IMG/VR virus record: IMGVR_UViG_3300044724_006057
Coordinates: 1 to 26,709 of that record
Source of the DNA: a virus
Lineage: Duplodnaviria > Caudoviricetes
Strand: one strand, 5' to 3'
Length of the DNA: 26,709 nt
Each line of letters opens with the position of its first letter. The stretch's first letter is position 1. Shown here one piece after another: positions 1 to 9,605 of this stretch. Position numbers and translations under genes: made by a program. The notes beneath the pieces are model-generated. The model had not been told where the DNA came from, did no database searches, and worked only from the letters and a program-made list of their open reading frames with translations.

Positions 1-1155
1 ACTCAATGGGTACAGGCTGCTGTACCTGGAGCTACTGGAGCAGCTGGAGCTGATGGCTCATCTGTAACTAGTTATGCCAATACATCAGCATTTCCATCAT
101 CAGGCAACTCAGTTGGCGACTTTGCATTTGCTACTAATACTAAAACCGTTTATATTTGGGACGGATTAGAGTGGGACCGAATTTCAGCTGGTGTAGATGA
201 GAGTCCAGTAATTATTACAGACCCGACTACGACTCACGCTCTGACTAATGATGGAAGTACTAGTACAGTAACAATGCTAGCACAAGATCCCGAAGGTTTT
301 GATATTACTTACGGAATTGCTTATAAAACAACAAATAATGCAAGACCCTCACAACTCTCTTCTGACACTACAATTAATCAAGCAAATGGAGTCTTTACAT
401 TTACACCATCATCAAATACTTCAAATGCAGGATCGTTTAGAGCTAGATTGAGTGCATCAGACGGCGCTAGAACCACGACTCGTTTTGTAGATTTTAGTTT
501 ATCTTTTTATGATTCCTTAGATGCTTTAAATGATGGTAGCTGTATAGCTTTGTATAAATTAAATGGAAATGGTGACGATGTTAGCGGAAATCATAATGCT
601 ACTGGATACTTTTCCGGGAGTTCTTCTGGATTCGATAACTCGATTTATAAGTATGATAGTTCATTGGATGCTAGCTCTACAGTTCTGGACCTTCCGGATG
701 TAAGAACTTCTTATCCAATTACAGTTAGTGCATGGATGAGGCCAAATAATATTTCGGCAGCTTTTGGTCATCTTTTAAACATGACAATGGGATCTAGTCA
801 ACGTCTCGTTACTGGATTTGCTCCTCGCGGAGGCGTTTACGGGCTAATAATTGCTTATGGCGGAAGTAACCATTGGTACTTTACACCCACCACAGCATTT
901 GTAGTGAATACTTGGTATCATATAATTTTTTCTATTGCTGGAAATAATGACTCTAATCATGCAGTATATATAAATGGCTCCCCTTCAGTTACTGCTTATA
1001 ATGACGGAGGTTCCGCAGGAGGTTCCGCAGGTTGGGCACTTGGCGGAGGCTCTAATGGAGCAGAAAGATTCTCGGGGCATATAGATCATGTGCGTGTTTT
1101 CAATAAAGCTCTTTCATCCACTGAAGCAGCAACTCTATATAATGGTGGAGGTTAA
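1..1155 (+). CDS. Putative virion fibre/adhesin, 5'-truncated: short collagen-like stretch, cadherin/Ig-like domain, C-terminal LamG/ConA-like domain
   Basis: Frame 1 is open from base 1 (TQWVQAAVPGATGAAGADGSS...), so the ATG at 274 is internal. It has a DPEG...FTFTP...ASDG cadherin-like motif and LamG hallmarks (ITVSAW, NTWYHI, VYING, FSGHIDHVRVFNKALS). The N-terminal part is paralogous to 3715..5532. Confidence 0.8.
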   Translation, partial: TQWVQAAVPGATGAAGADGSSVTSYANTSAFPSSGNSVGDFAFATNTKTVYIWDGLEWDRISAGVDESPVIITDPTTTHALTNDGSTSTVTMLAQDPEGFDITYGIAYKTTNNARPSQLSSDTTINQANGVFTFTPSSNTSNAGSFRARLSASDGARTTTRFVDFSLSFYDSLDALNDGSCIALYKLNGNGDDVSGNHNATGYFSGSSSGFDNSIYKYDSSLDASSTVLDLPDVRTSYPITVSAWMRPNNISAAFGHLLNMTMGSSQRLVTGFAPRGGVYGLIIAYGGSNHWYFTPTTAFVVNTWYHIIFSIAGNNDSNHAVYINGSPSVTAYNDGGSAGGSAGWALGGGSNGAERFSGHIDHVRVFNKALSSTEAATLYNGGG

Positions 1156-1157
1156 TA

Positions 1158-3707
1158 ATGGCAATTAACTTTCCATCAAATCCATCTAACGGTCAAACCC
1201 ATTCCGGGTTTACCTATAACTCGTCCGTTGGTGCTTGGGAATCAACTGCCTCTACTCCAGTAACCCAAGCAACACTAGATGGATACTTACAGGTAGCAAA
1301 CGTAAGCAGTACCACTACTGTATACACTGCCCTGTCTGATCTACCTATGTCTGGTAATGATACTGGTGCACAAGCGTATGTTTCTGGTACGAATAGACTA
1401 TATTTGTGGAACGGTACTGGGTGGTATAACATTGCATTAATCAATACTAACCCAACTATCAGTGGTGCTAGTGCAACTTATAACCTTAACACCGATGGTT
1501 CTAATACTGTCGTAACTCTAGTAGCAAGTGACCCAGAAGGATTACCAATCACCTTTACAGCATCACATACGGGTTTGGGTGTAGGTGCAAATGCCATTGC
1601 TACTGTTACCCAATCTAATAATATCTTTACATTTACTCCTACAACTAATACTGCTTTGGCAGGTACGTTTACTACTACATTTACAGCTAGTGACGGGGTA
1701 AATCTTGCTGGAGCGAATAGTTCGTTTACACTGGCATTCATTGTTAATATCGACAATAGTAACTACACTACAGCTTTAATTACATCAGTAGGTGGTAACA
1801 ATGCTGATAACAACGACTTTGTAGATTCAAGCACAAGCAGTCATACAATTACTGCTGCTGGTAATGCAACACAAACTACTTTTAGTCCTTATCGAAATGG
1901 CGGGTATTCCACTTATTTTAATGGAACAGAGTATTTAAAAACAAATTCAAGCATTTCTCTTGCAAATGATTTTACTATGGAGTTTTGGATTTATAGAGTC
2001 GCCTCCGGTAATGACTACATGGTTTGTGTAGGAAATACTAACACGACCTCGGGAATCGAGGTATATATCGGATCAAATGGAGGTCAGTTTAACTTATATC
2101 ACAATGGGATGTGGAGAATTTATTCCACTTCGTCTATTCCTGCTCTGTATGAATGGAGTCATATTGCTGTAGTAAGAGACTCGGGAACAATTACTATGTA
2201 TTTAAACGGTACTTCATTAGGTACCTATAGTATGACGGATACAATTAGCGGAGAAGTCTATGTAAATGCAGAACTATATAATTCTAGTGTAGCAAGCGGG
2301 GGTGACGGCTATATGAGAGATGTTAGAATTGTAGACGGTACTGCCATCTACACTTCTAATTTTACTCCTCCCACAGAAAAACTTACAGAAGTATCAGGAA
2401 CAGAAGTTTTACTTTGTAACCTTCCGTATATTGCGGATAGTTCTTCAAATGGCTTGGCGCTAACTATTACAGGAACTCCAGAGACACAACCATTCTCACC
2501 ATACGACTACGAAACATACTCTGCTACAGACAATGGCGGGTCAAATTTCTTTACTACCTCGAACGATTATTTTACAGTACCATATTCATCTACATTAGAT
2601 TTTGGCTCCAATGATTTTACGATTGAATGGTGGATGAATCCAACGACTACTGCTGGAGATCAAAACATCTTAGCACAGTCTAATAACTTAGGAATTTATG
2701 GGCCTCTTTGGATTCGATACAACGGTGGTGTTTTAAAAGCGTGGGCAACTACCGCTGGCGGTACATTTAATATATTTAATAGTACAACTATTTCTGGGTC
2801 TATTCCAGCAAATCAATGGACCCACGTAGCTATCACTAGAACATCTTCAGGGGTATGGAAGACATATTTAAACGGGGTACAGTCATATACTAGTACTGTG
2901 GCAGGATCCTTGTATGTAAATTCTAACGATACTGTTATCGGAGGATCCTCTACTGCTAATTATGATTTTGAAGGAAGTTTGTCGGACTTTAGAATAGTAA
3001 ACGGTACAGTCGTTTATACAGCAGACTTTACTCCACCCACAGCACCACTAACAGCCATCACCAACACTTCTCTGCTTCTTAGTGGTACGAACGCAGGTAT
3101 TATTGATAAGTCACAGTCAGTAAAATCATTGACTTTAAACGGTGACGCGAAGTCATCTACTACTCAGACAAAGTATTTAAGTTCGTCAATGTATTTTGAC
3201 GGGTCTGGGGATTATTTAGCTTTTACAAGCGACTTGTACGGCTGGACTGGAGATTTCACGATAGAGGCTTGGGTGTATCACACTTCATTTGGTACATACT
3301 CAAACCCAATCTACACCACTGGCGCCACCAGTAGCCTAGGGGCGGATTTCTTTGAGCTTGGGGCGAATTCAAGCGGAGCGTATCAAGTATTTTGGGCAGG
3401 TAGCAGCCCTCTAATATTAGCGCCTTCGGGCCATTATGTTTCTACAAACACTTGGTCGCATATAGCTCTGACAAGATCGGGATCCACTTTAAGATTATAT
3501 GTAAACGGAACTCTGGCAACGTCAGCGACTAAAAGCGGCGCTCTTCCTTCTTCAACAACAGATCGATCTTTTATAGGAACTCAATCCTATGGCCCCGGGG
3601 TTACTACTCGGTCATTTTATGGATACATGAGCGACGTTCGCCTTACCAAAGGCTTAGCCCGCTACACAGCAAACTTTACACCACCCACTGCAGCGTTACA
3701 AGGGTAA
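1158..3707 (+). CDS. Putative virion fibre/adhesin: MAxNFP module, cadherin-like domain and three LamG/ConA-like domains
   Basis: 849-aa ORF with GGAGG upstream. Three repeats of DFT(M/I)ExW...W(S/T)H(I/V)A..R...Y(L/V)NG...D(V/F)R...YTxxFTPPT. Full-length paralog of 18063..20633. Confidence 0.85.
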   Translation: MAINFPSNPSNGQTHSGFTYNSSVGAWESTASTPVTQATLDGYLQVANVSSTTTVYTALSDLPMSGNDTGAQAYVSGTNRLYLWNGTGWYNIALINTNPTISGASATYNLNTDGSNTVVTLVASDPEGLPITFTASHTGLGVGANAIATVTQSNNIFTFTPTTNTALAGTFTTTFTASDGVNLAGANSSFTLAFIVNIDNSNYTTALITSVGGNNADNNDFVDSSTSSHTITAAGNATQTTFSPYRNGGYSTYFNGTEYLKTNSSISLANDFTMEFWIYRVASGNDYMVCVGNTNTTSGIEVYIGSNGGQFNLYHNGMWRIYSTSSIPALYEWSHIAVVRDSGTITMYLNGTSLGTYSMTDTISGEVYVNAELYNSSVASGGDGYMRDVRIVDGTAIYTSNFTPPTEKLTEVSGTEVLLCNLPYIADSSSNGLALTITGTPETQPFSPYDYETYSATDNGGSNFFTTSNDYFTVPYSSTLDFGSNDFTIEWWMNPTTTAGDQNILAQSNNLGIYGPLWIRYNGGVLKAWATTAGGTFNIFNSTTISGSIPANQWTHVAITRTSSGVWKTYLNGVQSYTSTVAGSLYVNSNDTVIGGSSTANYDFEGSLSDFRIVNGTVVYTADFTPPTAPLTAITNTSLLLSGTNAGIIDKSQSVKSLTLNGDAKSSTTQTKYLSSSMYFDGSGDYLAFTSDLYGWTGDFTIEAWVYHTSFGTYSNPIYTTGATSSLGADFFELGANSSGAYQVFWAGSSPLILAPSGHYVSTNTWSHIALTRSGSTLRLYVNGTLATSATKSGALPSSTTDRSFIGTQSYGPGVTTRSFYGYMSDVRLTKGLARYTANFTPPTAALQG

Positions 3708-3714
3708 ATAGATC

Positions 3715-5532
3715 ATGGCACGAATAGATTTTCCAAGTAACCCATCCAACGGACAGACTCTTACTGTTACCGTTGCCGGGGCTAATACTGTTTATACTTA
3801 CAACAGTACTTACAGTGTATGGAGATCAAAAGGTACTGCTACGACAATTTCTTCAGGCGGTGGTGCTTCAGTAACAACATCTAACTCAGCACCGTCCAGT
3901 CCAAGCTCTGGCGACCTTTGGTGGAACTCAATGGACGGTAATATGTACGTCTATTATAACGATGGTGATTCCAACCAATGGGTTCAATCTAATCCAGCCC
4001 AACAAGGACCAGCTGGTGCTGCTGGCCCTGCTGGTGCTTCTGCTAATCTTACAAGTATATCTTCTAACCTTATTCCAAGCGCTAATGTTACCTATGATAT
4101 AGGAACCTCAACGAGCTCTTGGAAAGATCTGTACCTAAGCGGTAATAGCATATACCTAGCCGGTGCACAGATTTCTAGAAACGCATCTGGTGGTATTGAT
4201 TTACCGTCTGGGTCTAAGGTAGGAGGCACCGCTATAGGTACAGGTAGTGGTGGCACGTCTGTGACCGTGTATTCTAGTAACTCAGCATTTCCTACAGCCG
4301 GTAACACCCGAGGAGATTTTGCTTTTGCTAATAATACAAGCGTACTACACGTTTGGAATGGCAGTCAGTGGGACGTCATTTCACACGGCGTAGACGAGAG
4401 CCCAATTATAGTTACAGAACCTACTACTTCAGTAACTTTGGCTGGCAACGGCAGTCCATCAACGGTGACTATGGTCGCGACCGACCCAGAGGGTTTTGAT
4501 ATTACGTATGGCGTTGCTTATAATACAACAGGCAGCGTGTTACCAGATCAACTGGGAACAAATACTACTGTAAATTCAAATGGAGTGTTTACTTTTACCC
4601 CTACATCAAACACTAGCTTACCTGGATCATTTAAAGCTAGGTTAAGTGCTTCTGATGGAGTAAGATCAGTTACTCGTTTAGTAGACTTTTCTTTAGTTTT
4701 CCAAACAAATGAAATAAGTGTTTCTCCTTCACTAAGTGGATCTGCTACTTTAAATAGATCAGACGGAAATATTACTGGCTTTACTCCTGGAACCGTGTAT
4801 ACTCTTACAAACAACGGTGACCAAGACGTTGTATTTGATTGGACGTTGAAAGGGGCCGGTGGAGGCGGTACAGGTAACAATTCCGGAGGCGCTGGAGGTG
4901 AGACTACAGGCAGGTGGTCTCTTGCTGGTGGCGGTGGTACTGTTAATTTAATAGTTGGAAATGCTGGTACTAGTTCTACTGCTACTAACCATGGTGGCGG
5001 CGGTGGCGGTGGTACGGGAGTATATACTGGTACTCTTGGTTCCGATACACCTATACTTGTAGCTGGAGGTGGAGGCGGAGCAAGTTGGAACGCTGCAATT
5101 AGTACTTTTGGTCAAGGTGGCGGTTCCAGCGGTACAGGAGGCTCTACTGCAAACCAAACTTCTGGTGCGGGAGCAGGTACTCAGAGTGCAGCAGGGTCAG
5201 GAGCTGCTGGTAGCAGGGGAAACGGTTCTTCAGGCTCGGGCCACAATGGAGGAAACTCCGCAGGTAACAGTACCCAATATGCTGGAGGTACTGGATACGG
5301 TAATGGAGGCTATGGAGCTCACCAAGGTGGAGATGGTGGCGCCGGCGGCGGTGGCGCAGGCTACTACGGTGGAGGCGGCGGCGCTATTGGTAACGGAGGT
5401 GCTGGATCAACTGGTGCTGGAGGCTCCGGCTATATTGGTGGCTCAGGTGTATCAAGTGGCGCCACAACTGCAGGTAGTGGATCAGCTTCTGCTACAGACG
5501 GCTCTATAACTATCGAATGGATTTCTGTTTAA
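3715..5532 (+). CDS. Putative virion fibre/adhesin: MAxxFP module, GDLW domain, short collagen stretch, cadherin-like domain, C-terminal glycine-rich domain resembling the ALK/LTK type
   Basis: 605-aa ORF. Motifs: APSSPSSGDLWW...QWVQ; GPAGAAGPAGA; fibre-shaft-like LIPSANVTYDIGTSTSSWKDLYL; DPEG..ASDG; C-terminal GAGGG..GGAGG..LIVG..GGGGGGG..ILVAGGGGG. Confidence 0.8.
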   Translation: MARIDFPSNPSNGQTLTVTVAGANTVYTYNSTYSVWRSKGTATTISSGGGASVTTSNSAPSSPSSGDLWWNSMDGNMYVYYNDGDSNQWVQSNPAQQGPAGAAGPAGASANLTSISSNLIPSANVTYDIGTSTSSWKDLYLSGNSIYLAGAQISRNASGGIDLPSGSKVGGTAIGTGSGGTSVTVYSSNSAFPTAGNTRGDFAFANNTSVLHVWNGSQWDVISHGVDESPIIVTEPTTSVTLAGNGSPSTVTMVATDPEGFDITYGVAYNTTGSVLPDQLGTNTTVNSNGVFTFTPTSNTSLPGSFKARLSASDGVRSVTRLVDFSLVFQTNEISVSPSLSGSATLNRSDGNITGFTPGTVYTLTNNGDQDVVFDWTLKGAGGGGTGNNSGGAGGETTGRWSLAGGGGTVNLIVGNAGTSSTATNHGGGGGGGTGVYTGTLGSDTPILVAGGGGGASWNAAISTFGQGGGSSGTGGSTANQTSGAGAGTQSAAGSGAAGSRGNGSSGSGHNGGNSAGNSTQYAGGTGYGNGGYGAHQGGDGGAGGGGAGYYGGGGGAIGNGGAGSTGAGGSGYIGGSGVSSGATTAGSGSASATDGSITIEWISV

Positions 5533-5584
5533 TAAATTCGTTTAATTTTTTTTCCAAAAAAAATGTTTTTAGAACAACAAAAAA

Positions 5585-5592
5585 AATAAATA
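5585..5592 (+). promoter_or_regulatory. Possible variant T4-type late promoter (AATAAATA)
   Basis: 7/8 match to TATAAATA, about 50 nt upstream of the 5642 start. The AT-rich context makes a chance match likely. Confidence 0.35.
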
Positions 5593-5641
5593 TCTTTGTC
5601 CACTAGGATTAAATAAAAACAACAATCGCGGGAGCAAACTA

Positions 5642-6364
5642 ATGGCAGTTAATTTTCCCAGTAGTCCATCAGGCGGTGATCAGGTAACCTTTGAAGGTGT
5701 TACCTATACATATAATGCCACTAAAGGCGTTTGGCAGTCAACATCAGCTGCTGCTAATGCTTATTCGAGATTTTTTGTAGGATCTTCACAGTTAGTAGCT
5801 GGTAGTGCAAATGCTGTTTTCACAGTAGCTGCTGGATCAGGTATTTCTCTTGATGGTCATGCCAACAACGACACCTTAACTATTACTGCAACTGGCGGAG
5901 ACACGGATCAGTATCTTCAAGTTGCCAACCTTCAACCACAATTAGACAAGTACTTACAAGTAGCAAACAGCACGTCCTTTGCTACTACTAGCTCACTTGA
6001 CGCATATTTGCAAGTAGCAAACAGCACAACTTTTGCTACTACTACGCAGCTAGATGCGTACTTACAAGTTGCTAACAGTACTTCTTTCGCCACTACCTCA
6101 CAGTTAGATGCGTACTTACAAGTTGCTAACAGTGCTAGCTTAGGTTCTGGCAATACTAACTTGACTCAGTCTGACAGTCCTCCAGGAGGCCCATCTGTTG
6201 GTGACCTGTGGTTCGATACGTCTGACCCTAGATTATATGTTTACTATTCTGACGGCTCGTCTAACCAGTGGGTACAAACTAACCCATCTAGTTCTGGTGG
6301 TAGCTCGTCGAGCAGCGCATCAACCGGTACTATTATTGCCTTAAACTATTTCTTCGGAGGATAA
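5642..6364 (+). CDS. Short fibre stalk/adaptor protein: MAVNFP module, LQVAN repeats, GDLW domain, hydrophobic C-terminal peptide
   Basis: 240-aa ORF with GGGAG SD. Five YLQVAN repeats. Ends STGTIIALNYFFGG with no globular head. Confidence 0.75.
   Translation: MAVNFPSSPSGGDQVTFEGVTYTYNATKGVWQSTSAAANAYSRFFVGSSQLVAGSANAVFTVAAGSGISLDGHANNDTLTITATGGDTDQYLQVANLQPQLDKYLQVANSTSFATTSSLDAYLQVANSTTFATTTQLDAYLQVANSTSFATTSQLDAYLQVANSASLGSGNTNLTQSDSPPGGPSVGDLWFDTSDPRLYVYYSDGSSNQWVQTNPSSSGGSSSSSASTGTIIALNYFFGG
5942..6133 (+). repeat. Coding tandem repeat, 54-bp unit, about 3.5 copies (LDxYLQVANSTxFATTxx)
   Basis: Units start at 5942, 5996, 6050 and 6104. Differences are mostly synonymous. Confidence 0.9.
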
Positions 6365-6365
6365 C

Positions 6366-6719
6366 ATGGCAGGTCCAAATATTGTAAGCGTAGCAACGCT
6401 TTCAGCTCAGACGGCTGTACAGGCAGTATCTACTACCGCTACAGCCATTGTAACCAACTCAGCAGCTTCAGGCCGCGTTATTAAAGTAAATGCTTTATAT
6501 GTCAGTAACGTCGATGGAACTAACAATGCAGATGTTAACGTTGATGTGTACAGAAACAGCACAGCATATCACGTTGCAAAGACTGTAGTTGTTCCTGCAG
6601 ATGCTACTCTTGACGTAGTCTCAAAAGCTCTCTATCTTGAAGAAGGAGACGCGTTGCGTCTTACTGCAAGCGCTAACAGCGATCTGGAGGCAGTTTGTTC
6701 GTTTGAACAGCTTAGTTAA
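6366..6719 (+). CDS. Small beta-rich phage protein, putative fibre adaptor
   Basis: 117-aa ORF with GGAGG SD, starting 1 nt after the upstream stop. Motifs PNIV.V, NVDG.N.AD, VPADATL and YLEEGD resemble small proteins I recall next to glycine-rich genes in aquatic phages. Function is inferred. Confidence 0.65.
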   Translation: MAGPNIVSVATLSAQTAVQAVSTTATAIVTNSAASGRVIKVNALYVSNVDGTNNADVNVDVYRNSTAYHVAKTVVVPADATLDVVSKALYLEEGDALRLTASANSDLEAVCSFEQLS

Positions 6720-6730
6720 GGAGATAGGCT

Positions 6731-7630
6731 ATGTCTCGTAAAACACCATTTGGCCGGATGGGTAAGAAGAATACGCCTTCTACTCTGGCTTTTTCTGGAA
6801 TGTTTACGTTGGCTGAAAACGCTCTTGAGAACACAGATTCGTCCTGGCCGCTATCGCCTAATGATGTACAAGTCGACTATTTAATTATTGCTGGTGGAGC
6901 TTCTGGTGGCGGTAAGAGCGGTTATCTTGGAGGTAACGGCGGTGGCGGCGGTGCAGGAGGCTGTATTGAAGCTAATGCTGCCGTTCTTACCGTGGGCACT
7001 ACATATTCTATTACTGTAGGAGGCGGCGGCGCTGGTTCACAAGGTACTGGTACTAACGGCTCTAGCACTACTGCGTTTGGCCTAACGGCTACAGGCGGTG
7101 GTGGCGGCGGTATGTGGTATCCACACGGTGGTGGTAATGCAAAAGCTGGAGGCTCTGGAGGCGGTGGCGGGAGCGATGGTGCTTCAACAGCTGGTGGCGC
7201 TGGGACATCCGGACAAGGACATCCTGGCGGTAGTGGTGCCAAACTGTCTGGTTACAATGGTCGCGGTGGCGGCGGCGGCGGTAAAGGCGGCCCAGGCGTC
7301 GATTCCGCAGCAGGACCAGGTATCACCAGATCTATTACTGGCAGCAGCGCAGAGTATGCAGAAGGTGGTGGCGGTCATAACGGTAGTGTGGCTGGTATAG
7401 GTGGCGGTGTAGTCTCTGGAACCACAGGAGCTGTAAATACTGGCGGCGGCGGAGCTGGAGACGGTCCAAGCGGTGGCGGTACCTCATATACGTCTGGTGC
7501 TGGAGGCAGTGGTGTAGTGATTTTACGAACTACCTCTACTGCGCAAGCTACTACTGGTTCTCCCACCACTTCCACTGATGGGTCTTATAATATCTACCAG
7601 TTTACTGGTTCCGGATCCATTACTTTTTAG
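6731..7630 (+). CDS. Glycine-rich putative adhesin, paralog 1 of 5
   Basis: 299 aa, AAGGAG SD. N-terminal GKK..SGxF..WP leader, poly-Gly tracts, C-terminal GSGVVILR...TDGSYNIYQFTGSGSITF. Confidence 0.8.
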   Translation: MSRKTPFGRMGKKNTPSTLAFSGMFTLAENALENTDSSWPLSPNDVQVDYLIIAGGASGGGKSGYLGGNGGGGGAGGCIEANAAVLTVGTTYSITVGGGGAGSQGTGTNGSSTTAFGLTATGGGGGGMWYPHGGGNAKAGGSGGGGGSDGASTAGGAGTSGQGHPGGSGAKLSGYNGRGGGGGGKGGPGVDSAAGPGITRSITGSSAEYAEGGGGHNGSVAGIGGGVVSGTTGAVNTGGGGAGDGPSGGGTSYTSGAGGSGVVILRTTSTAQATTGSPTTSTDGSYNIYQFTGSGSITF

Positions 7631-7638
7631 AGGTAGAT

Positions 7639-8634
7639 ATGCGTAGAGCAAACCCTTTTGGTAAAAAAACTTCTACATCTGATACTGCTGCATCAGGGGT
7701 ATTTGATTTAAACACGGTCGCTGCAGAAAGAAACGAAGATAACTGGCCATCAGCAACCCTTCCAATGTCGATGGAGTTTTTGGTTGTTGCAGGTGGCGGT
7801 GGAGGCAGTGGCAGTCCCAATAACCGACACGGAGGTGGTGGTGGCGCCGGCGGTTTCAGAACTTCCACACATCCAGTAGCCGTAGGTCATGTGTATACAG
7901 TAACGGTTGGTTCAGGCGGTGTAGGTGGTGCTTCTGCTACGCAAGGAGTTAATGGAGCTAACTCAAGTATAGTTGGTCCCGGCAGTCTCAATTATATTTC
8001 TGCAGGCGGAGGTGCCGGCGGTGTAGCTAGAGTTGATACAGGTAACGGCAATGGTACCGGTGCTGGTAATGATGGTGGTAGCGGCGGCGGTGGCGGCGAA
8101 TCCTTCGGCGGTCCTGGTTTTGGTAACGGTAACGTCCCTTCTACAAGTCCTTCACAAGGTAACCCAGGTGGCACTACAATAGGATCGACTAACGCAAGCG
8201 GTGGCGGTGGTGCTGGCTCGATTGGAGCAAACAATACTACATTGGCACCTAGCGGATCCGCCAGCAGCGCTGGGCCAGGCGGCGCAGGCCTGTACTCGTC
8301 CATAACAGGATCCAATACTGCGTATGCAGGTGGCGGCGCCGGAGGAAACGATCAATATTATGGCGTTTCTGTAGGCGGTGTTGGCGGCGGAGGAGGTGGC
8401 TCTGGTACCAATGGCTTCTCGCGAGGAACTTCGGGCACAGTGAACACTGGCGGTGGTGCTGGTGGGTCTTGGAATGACGCGGGTGGTGGCGGCTACACGC
8501 CCAACGGCGGCTCTGGTATTGTAGTTATACGTACTAGTTCTACTGCAGCAAGTACAACTGGTTCGCCTACGATTAGTACCGATGGTTCATATAATGTCTA
8601 CAAATTCACCGCTTCCGGATCTATTACTTTTTAG
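7639..8634 (+). CDS. Glycine-rich putative adhesin, paralog 2 of 5
   Basis: 331 aa with the same leader and GSITF C-terminus. GAGG SD overlaps the upstream stop. Confidence 0.8.
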   Translation: MRRANPFGKKTSTSDTAASGVFDLNTVAAERNEDNWPSATLPMSMEFLVVAGGGGGSGSPNNRHGGGGGAGGFRTSTHPVAVGHVYTVTVGSGGVGGASATQGVNGANSSIVGPGSLNYISAGGGAGGVARVDTGNGNGTGAGNDGGSGGGGGESFGGPGFGNGNVPSTSPSQGNPGGTTIGSTNASGGGGAGSIGANNTTLAPSGSASSAGPGGAGLYSSITGSNTAYAGGGAGGNDQYYGVSVGGVGGGGGGSGTNGFSRGTSGTVNTGGGAGGSWNDAGGGGYTPNGGSGIVVIRTSSTAASTTGSPTISTDGSYNVYKFTASGSITF

Positions 8635-8765
8635 GAAATAGAATGAGACGTAATAAAGGTACATTTGGAAAGAAAGCACTGGTAGCTAACACTAGTTCTG
8701 CTAGTGGGTTGTTTTCTTTGAATGACGTTGGAGACGAACAACGCGATAGTAATTGGCCTACCATG
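8577..8765 (+). repeat. Direct repeat copy 1 (189 bp) spanning the paralog 2/3 junction
   Basis: Matches 9548..9736 at an offset of 971 with 7 mismatches by manual alignment. 8651..8761 is identical to 9622..9732 (111 bp). Confidence 0.9.
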
Positions 8766-9605
8766 GTTACTGGTGCTACATTAATGGATATTTTAACCGT
8801 GGCCGGAGGCGGCGGTGGTGGTACTGGTGACAACGGTTCAAACGGTGGTGGTGGCGGTGGGGGCGCCGGAGGATATCTACTCAACTCTGGCGTGTCCATT
8901 TCTAGTGGTATTACCTATACAGTTGCAGTAGGTAGCGGCGGATCTGGCGCAGCTTATTTTTCTAATCCTGGCGATGGAGTGGTAGGCGCAGACAGTTCAT
9001 TATCTGGCTCGGGCCTTACAACAATTACTGCTGCGGGTGGTGGATACGGGGGTGGATTTTCATATCGACCTGGCGGCGATGGTGGATCAGGTGGGGGCTC
9101 AGGTGGCCGAGATGAAGGTACTGGTCAACCAGCTGGTTCTGCATCTCCGGCCGGGCAAGGTAATCCAGGTGGTAAAGGCGGATCTAGAAACGGATTCTAT
9201 GGTGGCGGCGGCGGTGGTGGCGGCGCCGGAGCATCTGGTGGCAACAACTCTCACCATAACGGTGGCGGCGGTGGAGGCGGTTCATATTCGTCGATAACCG
9301 GAGCAAACACTGCTTATGCCGGTGGCGGAGGTGGTGGAGGCAATGGGCCTGGCACTAATGGAGGCGGCGGCGCCGGCGGCGGTGGCGCTGGTGGCAATGG
9401 ACTTGGAGGTACGGTAAATACAGGTAGCGGCGGTGGTGGCCAACGCGCAGGTAATAATCCCAATGGTGGTGGTAATGGTGGCAGTGGTGTTGTAATAATT
9501 CGAGCTAACGGACCTGCAACTGCAGTCACCGGCTCTCCAACGGAAACTACCGATGGTTCATATAATGTCTATAAATTTACTGGTTCCGGATCTATTACTT
9601 TTTAG
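8643..9605 (+). CDS. Glycine-rich putative adhesin, paralog 3 of 5
   Basis: 320 aa with the same leader and GSITF C-terminus. Confidence 0.8.
   Translation: MRRNKGTFGKKALVANTSSASGLFSLNDVGDEQRDSNWPTMVTGATLMDILTVAGGGGGGTGDNGSNGGGGGGGAGGYLLNSGVSISSGITYTVAVGSGGSGAAYFSNPGDGVVGADSSLSGSGLTTITAAGGGYGGGFSYRPGGDGGSGGGSGGRDEGTGQPAGSASPAGQGNPGGKGGSRNGFYGGGGGGGGAGASGGNNSHHNGGGGGGGSYSSITGANTAYAGGGGGGGNGPGTNGGGGAGGGGAGGNGLGGTVNTGSGGGGQRAGNNPNGGGNGGSGVVIIRANGPATAVTGSPTETTDGSYNVYKFTGSGSITF

Noticed and set aside
274-276. ORF-track start at 274
   Set aside because: The frame is open from base 1 and the upstream translation aligns with the 3715 paralog, so the gene starts before the window.
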